Source of the DNA: a virus
Length of the DNA stretch: 20,172 nt
IMG/VR virus record: IMGVR_UViG_3300028644_000051
Location: 1-20,172 of that record
Direction: 5' to 3' (one strand)
Positions 7,625 through 14,511 of this stretch are shown here, in pieces (position 1 is the first letter of the stretch; each line of letters opens with the position of its first letter). The notes beneath the pieces are model-generated. The model saw nothing but the letters and a program-made list of their open reading frames with translations, was not told the DNA's origin and searched no databases. Position numbers and translations under genes: made by a program.

Positions 7625-10134
7625 CGTATCCCCATCCCCTTTCCGCGGATCCACCGGGTGTAGTGAATCCCGGGATACTCGGACGCCACGATCTGCATGG
7701 TCTCGTGTGTGTGCTCATTGCTCGCCTCTTTCTCGCCCATCTCTCCAGACCGGACCTTCGGGCGATATTTCGCATACAGGGAGCCCTCGGCGACCGCGTG
7801 CCGGGCAAGGGCCAGGTGCGCGTCGTGATCGGAGTACGCCGTTGTGTCGAGGGAGAAGACGTACTTCGGCGAGACGACGACGTGCTCGGCGATCCCGTGC
7901 GTTACGGTCATCGCGAGATCCTTATCCGAAAAGGAATTGTCGCTCGGGTGGTTGTGGATCGCCGTGCATCCCGGGAACTTCGCCGCGTCCTCGGGGTCGA
8001 ACGGGACGCCTCGCACGTCCCCGGTCCCGTAGAAGACGGTCGAGCCGTCGGGGGCCACGACGAGGAGGCTCTCGACCCGGTCCTCGGCGTGCCATTCGGT
8101 GAACTCGTCGAGCCGTTTCCGCACGGCGGCCGGCCGGCCGCGCTCGTCGACGGGCCCGGGTGCCAGTTGCTCCGGTGCCGGTGCCGGTTCCGCCCCGAGC
8201 GTCGACTGGGCGGTCCCGGGGCCCATCGGGCCCGTGCCGGCCCCCTTGTCCTTAATGTAGACCCGCCGGCCGTCCTTCAGGGTGACCCACTTCCCCGGGG
8301 CCGTGGGATCGAAGGCTTCGGCGAGCTCCGCCTCCACCAGGGCCGTCCGGGCGACCTCCTGGAGCGCGGTCGCGACGGCCGAGAGCGACTCTTCGATCCC
8401 TTCTTCGACGTCGTTGTCCCGGGAGCGCTTCGTCGGCTTCTTCACGCCCTTCTTCGCCGGCGGCGCGTCCTCGTCGTCCTCGTCGGGCTCCTCCCCGCCG
8501 AGCTTCGCGGCCTGGGCCTGGCGGGCGAGCTCCAGCTCGGGCGGGTTCTCATGCCGTTCAACCTGGCGGGCGATGTCCTCGTCGTCCATCTCGGCGATCG
8601 CATCGTCGACGTTCGGGATGTTGAGGGCCCGCAAAAGCAACCGCTGGAAGGTGGCCCGGTCCATGATCCCGGCGAGAGACCCCGTGCCGGCGGTCGCGGC
8701 GCTGATGATGGCGGCGACCTCCGAGACCGGGTCGTGTTCGAGGATCGCGGGGAACTCGACCGTGACCTCGGCGACCTCTTCCCGGACGGGCCCGAGGTTC
8801 GCGTCGGCGGCCTCCTTCTTCGTCGCCTTCGTGCCGGGCGCGGCCTTCGCGGCCCGGGCTTCCGTGACCTCGCGATCCGTCTCGTGGTCCTTCACGACCC
8901 GGCGGACGGAGACGAGCACCTGGCGCCGGCCCCAGTCGTCGAACTCGACCTTGCCGGTGAGGGGGGCGAAGCCGTCGGCGAGCACCCGGGCCTCGACCGC
9001 GAACGACCCCAGGAGGGTGAGGGTATCGACCCACCACGCCTGACGGTCGAGCACGGCGAGCTCCAGGGGGCGCTCCATCGTCTTCGTGGTCGCGAGGTTC
9101 CCCGTACTGGGATCCCCGAGGAGGATATGCTCGGGGACGTCCGTGTCGGAGCACACCATGAGCGCGAAGCGGCGGGCCTCGTCCGCGCTCGTGGCGACCC
9201 CGGCCGTCCGGATCGGCTCCATGGTGACCCCGGGGGTCGAGGCGAGCGTGGACCCGGCCGGGATCGGCGTCCTCTTCTGGCGGTCGACGATGTCCGCGAC
9301 GGCGCGGGCCGCGGCCGGGTTCGCCCCGGTCGCTTTCCACGCGAAGGTCGCGAGGGCCGCGTTGATGCTCGCCACGTTGCTCAGGTGTTGCGTGTAGGCT
9401 TTGCCCCACGGGATCCCCGCCACGATCGCCGGGAGGCCGTACACGCCCTTTCCCGCGCGCGGGAGGGGCGCGTGGTAGAGCCGGTCGGTCCAGACGACGG
9501 GCGTCCCCCCGATCGTCTTCGGTTGCTTTTCGGGATTATGCCCGAGCGCCGGATACCAGTAGGTTTGGCTCTTTCCCGTACTCGTGCCGTCCTTCTGGAC
9601 CGTGTACTCCGTAAACGTCCGTTTCCAGTACCAGACCTTCCGCGGGTTTTTCGGGTCGCGGAGGTAGCCGGCGATCTCGCTGATCGGGACGGTCACGACC
9701 TCCACGGCGCCGAGCTCGTCGACCTGGCAGAGTAAGAATAAATTGCCGCCGATCTGGACCTGGATCTCCTTCTCGACCCGCCCCAGGTGGCCGAGCTCTC
9801 CCTGGTTTCGTTCGAGCCAGTCGGTGAGGACCGCGTTGACCTCTACCTGGTCCGAGGTGATGGTGACGCCCCGGCCCCAGACGAAGTGGCTCTTGACGTT
9901 GACGGCCCGGCGGATGAGGGCGTTCGCGTGGTACGCCTCGTAACAATTCCGCGCGGCCTCGCGGATCTGATCCACTGAATACTCGTCCTCGCCGTCGCCG
10001 AGCGCGAGGGTGAGGGTGAGGGGGTCTTTCCACGAGGCGTTCGCCGAGACGGCCTCGGTGAGTGAATCCTCGATAAACGTTTCTAATTCATCGATCCGTT
10101 CGGCGATCACCCGGTTGGAGACGCGGGCGGCCAT
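7621..10134 (-). CDS. Portal protein fused to a C-terminal JAB/MPN-like domain (837 aa)
   Basis: Portal-type N-terminal 550 aa (LIRRAVNVKSHFVWGRG, DVPEHILLGDPSTGNLAT..TMERP); acidic/basic low-complexity linker; then VESLLVV...IHNHPSDNSFSDKDL. Confidence 0.85.
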   Translation of the reverse strand: MAARVSNRVIAERIDELETFIEDSLTEAVSANASWKDPLTLTLALGDGEDEYSVDQIREAARNCYEAYHANALIRRAVNVKSHFVWGRGVTITSDQVEVNAVLTDWLERNQGELGHLGRVEKEIQVQIGGNLFLLCQVDELGAVEVVTVPISEIAGYLRDPKNPRKVWYWKRTFTEYTVQKDGTSTGKSQTYWYPALGHNPEKQPKTIGGTPVVWTDRLYHAPLPRAGKGVYGLPAIVAGIPWGKAYTQHLSNVASINAALATFAWKATGANPAAARAVADIVDRQKRTPIPAGSTLASTPGVTMEPIRTAGVATSADEARRFALMVCSDTDVPEHILLGDPSTGNLATTKTMERPLELAVLDRQAWWVDTLTLLGSFAVEARVLADGFAPLTGKVEFDDWGRRQVLVSVRRVVKDHETDREVTEARAAKAAPGTKATKKEAADANLGPVREEVAEVTVEFPAILEHDPVSEVAAIISAATAGTGSLAGIMDRATFQRLLLRALNIPNVDDAIAEMDDEDIARQVERHENPPELELARQAQAAKLGGEEPDEDDEDAPPAKKGVKKPTKRSRDNDVEEGIEESLSAVATALQEVARTALVEAELAEAFDPTAPGKWVTLKDGRRVYIKDKGAGTGPMGPGTAQSTLGAEPAPAPEQLAPGPVDERGRPAAVRKRLDEFTEWHAEDRVESLLVVAPDGSTVFYGTGDVRGVPFDPEDAAKFPGCTAIHNHPSDNSFSDKDLAMTVTHGIAEHVVVSPKYVFSLDTTAYSDHDAHLALARHAVAEGSLYAKYRPKVRSGEMGEKEASNEHTHETMQIVASEYPGIHYTRWIRGKGMGIR

Positions 10135-10196
10135 TAGTGCCCCCCGCGGTCGCGCTGAGTGTTCCCCGGCCTCCGATAACGACCCCGACCCACCAT
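10134..10196 (-). CDS. Possible 20-aa Arg/Gly-rich leader ORF (MVGRGRYRRPGNTQRDRGGH) coupled to the portal
   Basis: Its TAA overlaps the portal ATG; both starts lie in the same 13-nt context GGGGCACTAATGG. Confidence 0.35.
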   Translation of the reverse strand: MVGRGRYRRPGNTQRDRGGH

Positions 10197-10228
10197 TAGT
10201 GCCCCTTTACTTAGAGATCGCGGCGGGG

Positions 10229-10243
10229 TATAAAAAGACTTTT
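10229..10243 (-). promoter_or_regulatory. Putative BRE plus TATA promoter for the portal operon
   Basis: Minus strand AAAAGTCTTTTTATA directly after the stop of the zinc-ribbon gene. Confidence 0.65.
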
Positions 10244-10246
10244 GGT

Positions 10247-10513
10247 TTATTCCTGGGGGTGGGGCGGGGCGGTCGCCCCCTTCAGGCAGACGGAGCACAC
10301 GAAGGCCGACTCGCCATCGATCCGGCAGACATTGAGCTCCGCCTTCGGATACCCGCAGAGGTCGCAGGTCGTCTTGAGGGGGACGCCCCGCCCGAGGACG
10401 ACGATGTCGACCGCGGGGCGGGGAAACTTCCGACCGCAGTTGGGGCAGGTGATCCGATCCCTCCCGGCGTCCGATCGCCAGACATACGAGCAATGGGGGC
10501 ACGTTGCGATCAC
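10247..10513 (-). CDS. Double zinc-ribbon protein (4 CxxC pairs, 88 aa), paralogue of 12882-13133
   Basis: GTG at 10513 after a GGTGA SD; IATCPHC...ITCPNC...TCDLC...VCSVC; about two-thirds identical by eye to 12882-13133. Confidence 0.85.
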   Translation of the reverse strand: MIATCPHCSYVWRSDAGRDRITCPNCGRKFPRPAVDIVVLGRGVPLKTTCDLCGYPKAELNVCRIDGESAFVCSVCLKGATAPPHPQE

Positions 10514-10517
10514 GGGA

Positions 10518-10880
10518 TCACCGGCAATCGTCGCAGTAGCCCGATCCCGGGTTGGTCGAGAAGGGGTAGTTTCCCGAGCGCCCGCTCTGGCCACAGGACC
10601 GGCAGTTGAGGACCGGCCCGTGCCGGGCCTCTTGATCGCGCTCGTGTGCCTCCCGTTGCGCCCGGGCCCGCGCTTCGAGCGCGTCGGCGGCCTCGCCGTC
10701 GCGGCAGAACGAATACCAGTCGTTCGGATCGTTCCGGACCTTGTATCCGTTGGCCAGTGTCGCGAGAACGGTGGCGCGGTCGGGGAGGTTTCCGAACCGG
10801 ACACACATATCCAGGAACTCGTCGGTGCGGTCGCCACAGGCGTACCATGCCCCGCTTGGGAGTTGATATTCGAGTCGCAT
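10518..10880 (-). CDS. Hypothetical protein with a C-terminal zinc ribbon (CRSC...YCDDC), 120 aa
   Basis: Clean ORF directly behind a TATA box (probably leaderless). Confidence 0.8.
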   Translation of the reverse strand: MRLEYQLPSGAWYACGDRTDEFLDMCVRFGNLPDRATVLATLANGYKVRNDPNDWYSFCRDGEAADALEARARAQREAHERDQEARHGPVLNCRSCGQSGRSGNYPFSTNPGSGYCDDCR

Positions 10881-10881
10881 A

Positions 10882-10912
10882 CAAGACTACCGTTGGTAGT
10901 CTTGATTTAAAA
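10882..10912 (-). promoter_or_regulatory. TATA box plus palindromic operator CAAGACTAC-N5-GTAGTCTTG
   Basis: TTTAAAT about 25 nt upstream of ATG 10880; a 9-bp inverted repeat (10882-10904) lies between them. Confidence 0.65.
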
Positions 10913-10915
10913 ATG

Positions 10916-11386
10916 TTACCGCCGCTTCCGCACCGGCTTTTTGTTGTCGTGGGCCCAAAAGTTCGGGTTTGTGGCCCTCTGCTGCTTCCAGTGGCTCGGG
11001 TTGTCGTTCCACCCCTCGTGATAGCCCATGTTATACGCCGAGGTCGTTCTGGCTTCGGTGTACGACACGCCCCGGATGCGGTCGAGCTTGCCCTGGCCGA
11101 GGCCAAGGCGGTAGTCGACCGAGCTCATGAGCTGTTGCCGGGCGAGTTCGCGCTTTCGCAAGGGGTATTTCCTCCCCAGGCGGGCCTTCTCGGCGTCGAG
11201 TGCGGCGAGGGCTTCCGCGGCGGCCTTGAGGCGCTCGTCTTCCGGGACGGACTTCTTGAGGTCGTTCCGGGTCATGCGGTACGTTACGCCGTCGTACGTC
11301 TCGCCGACGATCGCCTGGCCCGCGACCGGGTCGGGGTATGTGGTCCGGTTGGGTGCCGGCCGCGAGGACGCCCCACTTCCACCCAT
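10916..11386 (-). CDS. Basic hypothetical protein with N-terminal MGGSGASS tag (156 aa)
   Basis: GGAGG SD upstream; starts MGGSGASSR; ends KKPVRKRR. Confidence 0.85.
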   Translation of the reverse strand: MGGSGASSRPAPNRTTYPDPVAGQAIVGETYDGVTYRMTRNDLKKSVPEDERLKAAAEALAALDAEKARLGRKYPLRKRELARQQLMSSVDYRLGLGQGKLDRIRGVSYTEARTTSAYNMGYHEGWNDNPSHWKQQRATNPNFWAHDNKKPVRKRR

Positions 11387-11389
11387 GGA

Positions 11390-11761
11390 TCACGCCCTCC
11401 GGCGGATTGCAGCCACGATGCGCTCGAATACACTATCCGACAACCCCTTCTGATTGAAGGTTTTTGTCTTCACGTCGTACCAGACCTTTCCGAATTGGAG
11501 ATCCGTGGCGAGCGCCCTGGCTTTGCTATTGCTGATAGCCACGCCGTCGATAGACGCCGACGAGATGTTGCCCGTCCCGTAATAGGTTACATCGAGGCCG
11601 TAGAGCGACCGGAGATCGTTGAAGTAGATCCGATGGTTGTCCCCGCCGGTCCACTCCTTTCCGATCGCTTTCAGGCGCTCCAGATCGTCCGCGGGCGCGA
11701 TCGCCGCGTTCTTCGCGGGCGCCGACCCGGCCCCCTTGCTCGATGCTCCGTTACCTCCCAT
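11390..11761 (-). CDS. Hypothetical phage protein with N-terminal MGGNGASSKGAG tag (123 aa)
   Basis: Start set at ATG 11761 (SD GGCGGTGA); body has KEW.GG..HRIYFN...ISNSKA...KVWYD, a pattern I recognise from uncharacterised phage proteins. Confidence 0.85.
   Translation of the reverse strand: MGGNGASSKGAGSAPAKNAAIAPADDLERLKAIGKEWTGGDNHRIYFNDLRSLYGLDVTYYGTGNISSASIDGVAISNSKARALATDLQFGKVWYDVKTKTFNQKGLSDSVFERIVAAIRRRA
11726..11761. repeat. 36-bp exact repeat, copy 1 (encodes MGGNGASSKGAG)
   Basis: cccggcccccttgctcgatgctccgttacctcccat, identical to 15621-15656. Confidence 0.97.
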
Positions 11762-12077
11762 ATTTGTCACCGCCTGGTTGTGTTCTCTTTTCTCTTGTCC
11801 GCATATCAACATTTCCACATTTGTCCGGGGCTCCGACGCACCGGGCGCACGCGAGCACGGGCTCGTCCCCGACCGCGGCCGGCGCGAGGGCCTCCGCGAG
11901 CTCGTCGCAGACCTGGCACCGGGCGCGGCCGGGATAGACGACCGCCGGCCCGAGGGCCCGGGGCGTCACGTCCCCGCGCTTGTGCTTCCGCTGGCACCGT
12001 GAGCACGTCAGCCAGGGGGCCGTCGACCGGGCGACCCATCGGTGTCCACATATCGGGCATACGGCCGTCTTAACCAC
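11751..12077 (-). CDS. Divergent double zinc-ribbon protein (108 aa)
   Basis: CPICGHRW...LTCSRC...RCQVC...ACARC, same architecture as 10247 and 12882. Confidence 0.8.
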   Translation of the reverse strand: MVKTAVCPICGHRWVARSTAPWLTCSRCQRKHKRGDVTPRALGPAVVYPGRARCQVCDELAEALAPAAVGDEPVLACARCVGAPDKCGNVDMRTREKRTQPGGDKYGR

Positions 12078-12210
12078 CCCGGGGGGCCGTGCGGTATTCG
12101 CAGTTCGGATCGCACGGGCCCGCCGGAAGGGGCGTGCGCCTGGCGTTGCACCAGAGGCCGCACCCGCACCCGGGCATGGGGCCCCGGTGGGGGCAGTAGT
12201 CGTCGTTCAT
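12070..12210 (-). CDS. Cys-rich microprotein (46 aa, MNDDYCPHRG...)
   Basis: ATGA overlap at 12207-12210; six Cys. Confidence 0.55.
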   Translation of the reverse strand: MNDDYCPHRGPMPGCGCGLWCNARRTPLPAGPCDPNCEYRTAPRGG

Positions 12211-12506
12211 TGGTCGATCGGCTCCCATGTCCCCTTCGGCGCGACCATGGCCCAGATCTCGCGGCCGGGTTCGGCGGCGATCTTTCCCCGGGCCGGCCGG
12301 ATCATGAGGGCCGCGGTCCCGTCCTCGTTCGTCGTCTTCGAGCGTGCGATCAAGACATCGTCCGCGTCGCACTCACAGAGGGCTTCCACGATCGCGATCG
12401 TGCGCTTCAGGTAGTCGAGCCGGAAGCGCCCCACTGGGATCGGGTTCTTGCTCTCGGCACTACCGACGCCGATCGTGTTGATCTCGTTTGCGAGGATCCC
12501 GGTCAT
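12207..12506 (-). CDS. Small protein resembling a single sliding-clamp (PCNA-like) domain (99 aa)
   Basis: ATGA overlap at 12503-12506; GRFRLDYLK...D.V.I...L.I....MVAP echoes the PCNA C-terminal F.LDYL...LAP pattern. Confidence 0.45.
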   Translation of the reverse strand: MTGILANEINTIGVGSAESKNPIPVGRFRLDYLKRTIAIVEALCECDADDVLIARSKTTNEDGTAALMIRPARGKIAAEPGREIWAMVAPKGTWEPIDQ

Positions 12507-12718
12507 GCCGACCTCCCGGCCGTGCCGGTGCCCGGACACCGATGGAGCCCGCCCCTGATGGCCCGCATCACGGCCGCGGGGTCGTCGGCGTGGTCGCCGC
12601 ATATCCAGACCGCGGGGAGCCGGCCGGCGCCGTCGAGGTCGAGGTGAAACCATCCCCCGGCCATGAACTCGGCGGGCCCGGCGGGCGCGGGCTTGTTGCA
12701 GACCTCGCACGAGCTCAC
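12503..12718 (-). CDS. Small zinc-finger-like protein (71 aa; CEVC...ICGDH)
   Basis: GTGA overlap at 12715-12718; CxxC plus CxxH. Confidence 0.65.
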   Translation of the reverse strand: MSSCEVCNKPAPAGPAEFMAGGWFHLDLDGAGRLPAVWICGDHADDPAAVMRAIRGGLHRCPGTGTAGRSA

Positions 12719-12882
12719 GCGTACCCCTCCCGCCAGGCGATCGGGCCGGGCCCGTTGCCGGTCTTCCGGTCGGCCGCGTGCGAGACCTCCAGGGCGGCCT
12801 TCGCCTTCGCGATCGCCTCGGGGACCGTGTCGCATTTGCCGGTGCGGTGCGCGAGCACGGGCCCGCCACGCCCCGAAGCCAT
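12715..12882 (-). CDS. Hypothetical microprotein (55 aa, MASGRGGPVLAHRTGKCDTVPEAIAKAKAALE...)
   Basis: Not in the ORF track; TGATG overlap at its start and GTGA at its end fill the gap exactly; high GC3. Confidence 0.6.
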   Translation of the reverse strand: MASGRGGPVLAHRTGKCDTVPEAIAKAKAALEVSHAADRKTGNGPGPIAWREGYA

Positions 12883-13133
12883 CAGTCGTCATTGAGCAGA
12901 TCCTTCGCGCAGCGGTTGCAGACGAACGCCGCCTCGCCGTCAACCCGGCAGACGTTCAGCTCGGTGTATGGGTAGCCGCAGACGTCACAGGTCGATTTGA
13001 GCGGCACCTTCCGACCGAGCACCTCGATCACAGGCGCGGGCCGCGGGAACTTCCGCTGGCAGGATGGGCAGGTGATCATCTCACCCTTTGCCCGCGTCTC
13101 CCACTCGTACCCGCACTTGGGGCAGGTTGCCAT
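12882..13133 (-). CDS. Double zinc-ribbon protein (CPxCG type, 83 aa)
   Basis: CPKC, CPSC, CDVC and CNRC; GGAGG SD. Confidence 0.88.
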   Translation of the reverse strand: MATCPKCGYEWETRAKGEMITCPSCQRKFPRPAPVIEVLGRKVPLKSTCDVCGYPYTELNVCRVDGEAAFVCNRCAKDLLNDD

Positions 13134-13134
13134 C

Positions 13135-13575
13135 TCAACCCTCCTTCACGATCCGGATCGCCCAGTACGGCCCGACATTGATCGGGGCGTACCTCTCTCC
13201 CGTCCGGTTGTAGTGGTTGAACTCGCGGGCCAGATCCTTCGCATCCCCCTCGGCGAACGGTTTGATCTGGCAGAGGCATTCGCTTTCATCGAGGACGGGG
13301 GGGGCGATCTTCGCGGCGCTTTCTTCTATCTCGGTCGCCACCGCCCACATCACACGCGCCCACTCACGGGCGGGCATCGGGGAGCCGTCCCCGTGAGTGC
13401 CGATTACGAGGTGGGCCGGTATCGGGCACTCCGTTTTGGCAGACGGGGCGAACACGACGCCGACCGGCCGGGCGCTGTCCAGTGTGCGGAAGGCAAAGAT
13501 CGTGCCGCCGAGCCGAGCCGCATCCACCTTTTCAACCATTTCGACGAATTGGGTTTGGCGCTTGGTTGCTGTCAT
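13135..13575 (-). CDS. Hypothetical protein (146 aa)
   Basis: Strong SD GGAGGT and an upstream TATA box. Confidence 0.8.
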   Translation of the reverse strand: MTATKRQTQFVEMVEKVDAARLGGTIFAFRTLDSARPVGVVFAPSAKTECPIPAHLVIGTHGDGSPMPAREWARVMWAVATEIEESAAKIAPPVLDESECLCQIKPFAEGDAKDLAREFNHYNRTGERYAPINVGPYWAIRIVKEG

Positions 13576-13589
13576 GTGTCTTACCTCCT

Positions 13590-13618
13590 ACTACTATAGT
13601 AGTTAAGAGTATAAATAA
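13590..13618 (-). promoter_or_regulatory. TATA box (TTATTTATA) plus palindrome ACTACTATAGTAGT
   Basis: Perfect 14-bp palindrome at 13590-13603 between the TATA box and the SD of ORF 13575. Confidence 0.65.
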
Positions 13619-13662
13619 CTATTGGTAGACCACTCGTAGCCGCACTTGGGGCAGGTGACCAC
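13603..13662 (-). pseudogene. Truncated zinc-ribbon gene stub (VVTCPKCGYEWSTNSYLYS)
   Basis: TCPKCGYEW matches the start of 12882-13133 (26 of 27 nt identical), then runs into the AT-rich promoter and stops. Confidence 0.7.
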
Positions 13663-13664
13663 GA

Positions 13665-13906
13665 TCAGTCGAGGATCCGCTTCCGCTCGGACCACGCGTA
13701 GTCGACCAGCTCGTCCACCGTCGTGATCCCGCGCTCGACCTCATCGGCGAAGCCGTCGGCCTGAACGCGGCCGTTGTAGACGTGGAACCGGACATTCCCC
13801 CGACCGTCGTCGCCGAGTCCAGGCAGAAAGGCCCGTCCCGGTTCGCCGCGTCGCAGGACTCGATGGTCTCGCGGATCATCTTCTTCGACCATTTGTGCGA
13901 TCCCAT
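13665..13906 (-). pseudogene. Gene of about 80 aa split by an apparent 1-nt frameshift near 13820
   Basis: GGAGG SD and ATG 13906; GC3 bias follows frame MGSHKW...GPFCL, then switches to frame GLGDDGRGNVRFHVY...RKRILD ending at 13665. Confidence 0.6.
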
Positions 13907-13929
13907 GATTCAGTCCTCCTCTTCGGCCA

Positions 13930-14271
13930 TCAGGCGCACCTCCAGCACCCGCACCGCTGGCTCCAGGAGGTCGGATCGCCCGTGTGCCGGCACGTCCCGA
14001 CATAGAGGTTCGTCTCCTTTCCCGGGAGGCGCTCGGGCGCGAAGTCGGCGCACGTCCCGCACCACTCGCGCGAGAGCGCGTCCTCGGTTGCATCCAGGGC
14101 CCGGCGCTTCTCCGCCAGGTCGCGCTCGGCGAGCTCGATCTCCGCCGCGATCGTCGGGTCGGGGGCCCCATGCTCGCGCACGGCCTCCAGGCGGCCGAGC
14201 CGGGCCTCCGCGGCCTCGACCGCGGCGCGCGCGAGCTCGACCCGCGCTGTGTGGTTGTCGGTGATGGTCAT
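13930..14271 (-). CDS. Coiled-coil protein with a C-terminal Cys cluster (CGTC...GTCR...CGCW), 113 aa
   Basis: GGTGA SD; first gene after a palindromic operator. Confidence 0.8.
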   Translation of the reverse strand: MTITDNHTARVELARAAVEAAEARLGRLEAVREHGAPDPTIAAEIELAERDLAEKRRALDATEDALSREWCGTCADFAPERLPGKETNLYVGTCRHTGDPTSWSQRCGCWRCA

Positions 14272-14283
14272 TCAGTTGTCACC

Positions 14284-14330
14284 GACTACCATATGGTAGT
14301 CAGAGAGAAAAAGGTTTTGATTTTGTTTTC
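14284..14330 (-). promoter_or_regulatory. AT-rich promoter-like region plus perfect palindrome GACTACCATATGGTAGTC
   Basis: 18-bp palindrome at 14284-14301; upstream AAAACCTTTTT is a weak BRE/TATA match. Confidence 0.6.
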
Positions 14331-14511
14331 AATAGAGCGCGAACGAGAGGCAGAGGTCGCACATGAGGACCGCGTCGCCGTCGACCCGGACCACGTTGAC
14401 CTTCTCGAAGCATCGGTCGCACATATCGCACGCGGCCCCGTTGGCCTTCTTATCGGGCCGGAGCACGAGGCGCCCCAGGGGCTCCACCACGGCCTCACGG
14501 GGCCGGCTCAC
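14329..14511 (-). CDS. Zinc-ribbon protein matching the C-terminal half of the double-ribbon paralogues (60 aa)
   Basis: GTGA overlap with the DUF4417 stop; VEPLGR...CDMC...VNVVRVDGDAVLMCDLC aligns to IEVLGR...CDVC...LNVCRVDGEAAFVCNRC. Confidence 0.75.
   Translation of the reverse strand: MSRPREAVVEPLGRLVLRPDKKANGAACDMCDRCFEKVNVVRVDGDAVLMCDLCLSFALY

Noticed and set aside
8239-8250. 12-bp match (ccggcccccttg, KGAG) between the portal linker and the tag repeat
   Set aside because: Too short and GC-rich to distinguish from chance; the GGxGASS part is absent.
11738-11761. MGGNGASS read as an N-myristoylation signal
   Set aside because: Archaea have no known N-myristoyltransferase, and Gly/Ser-rich starts match that loose pattern by chance.
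13619-14171. ORF-track calls 13619-13906 and 13665-14171 as complete genes
   Set aside because: Each has coding-like codon bias in only one half; better explained as one frameshifted gene.
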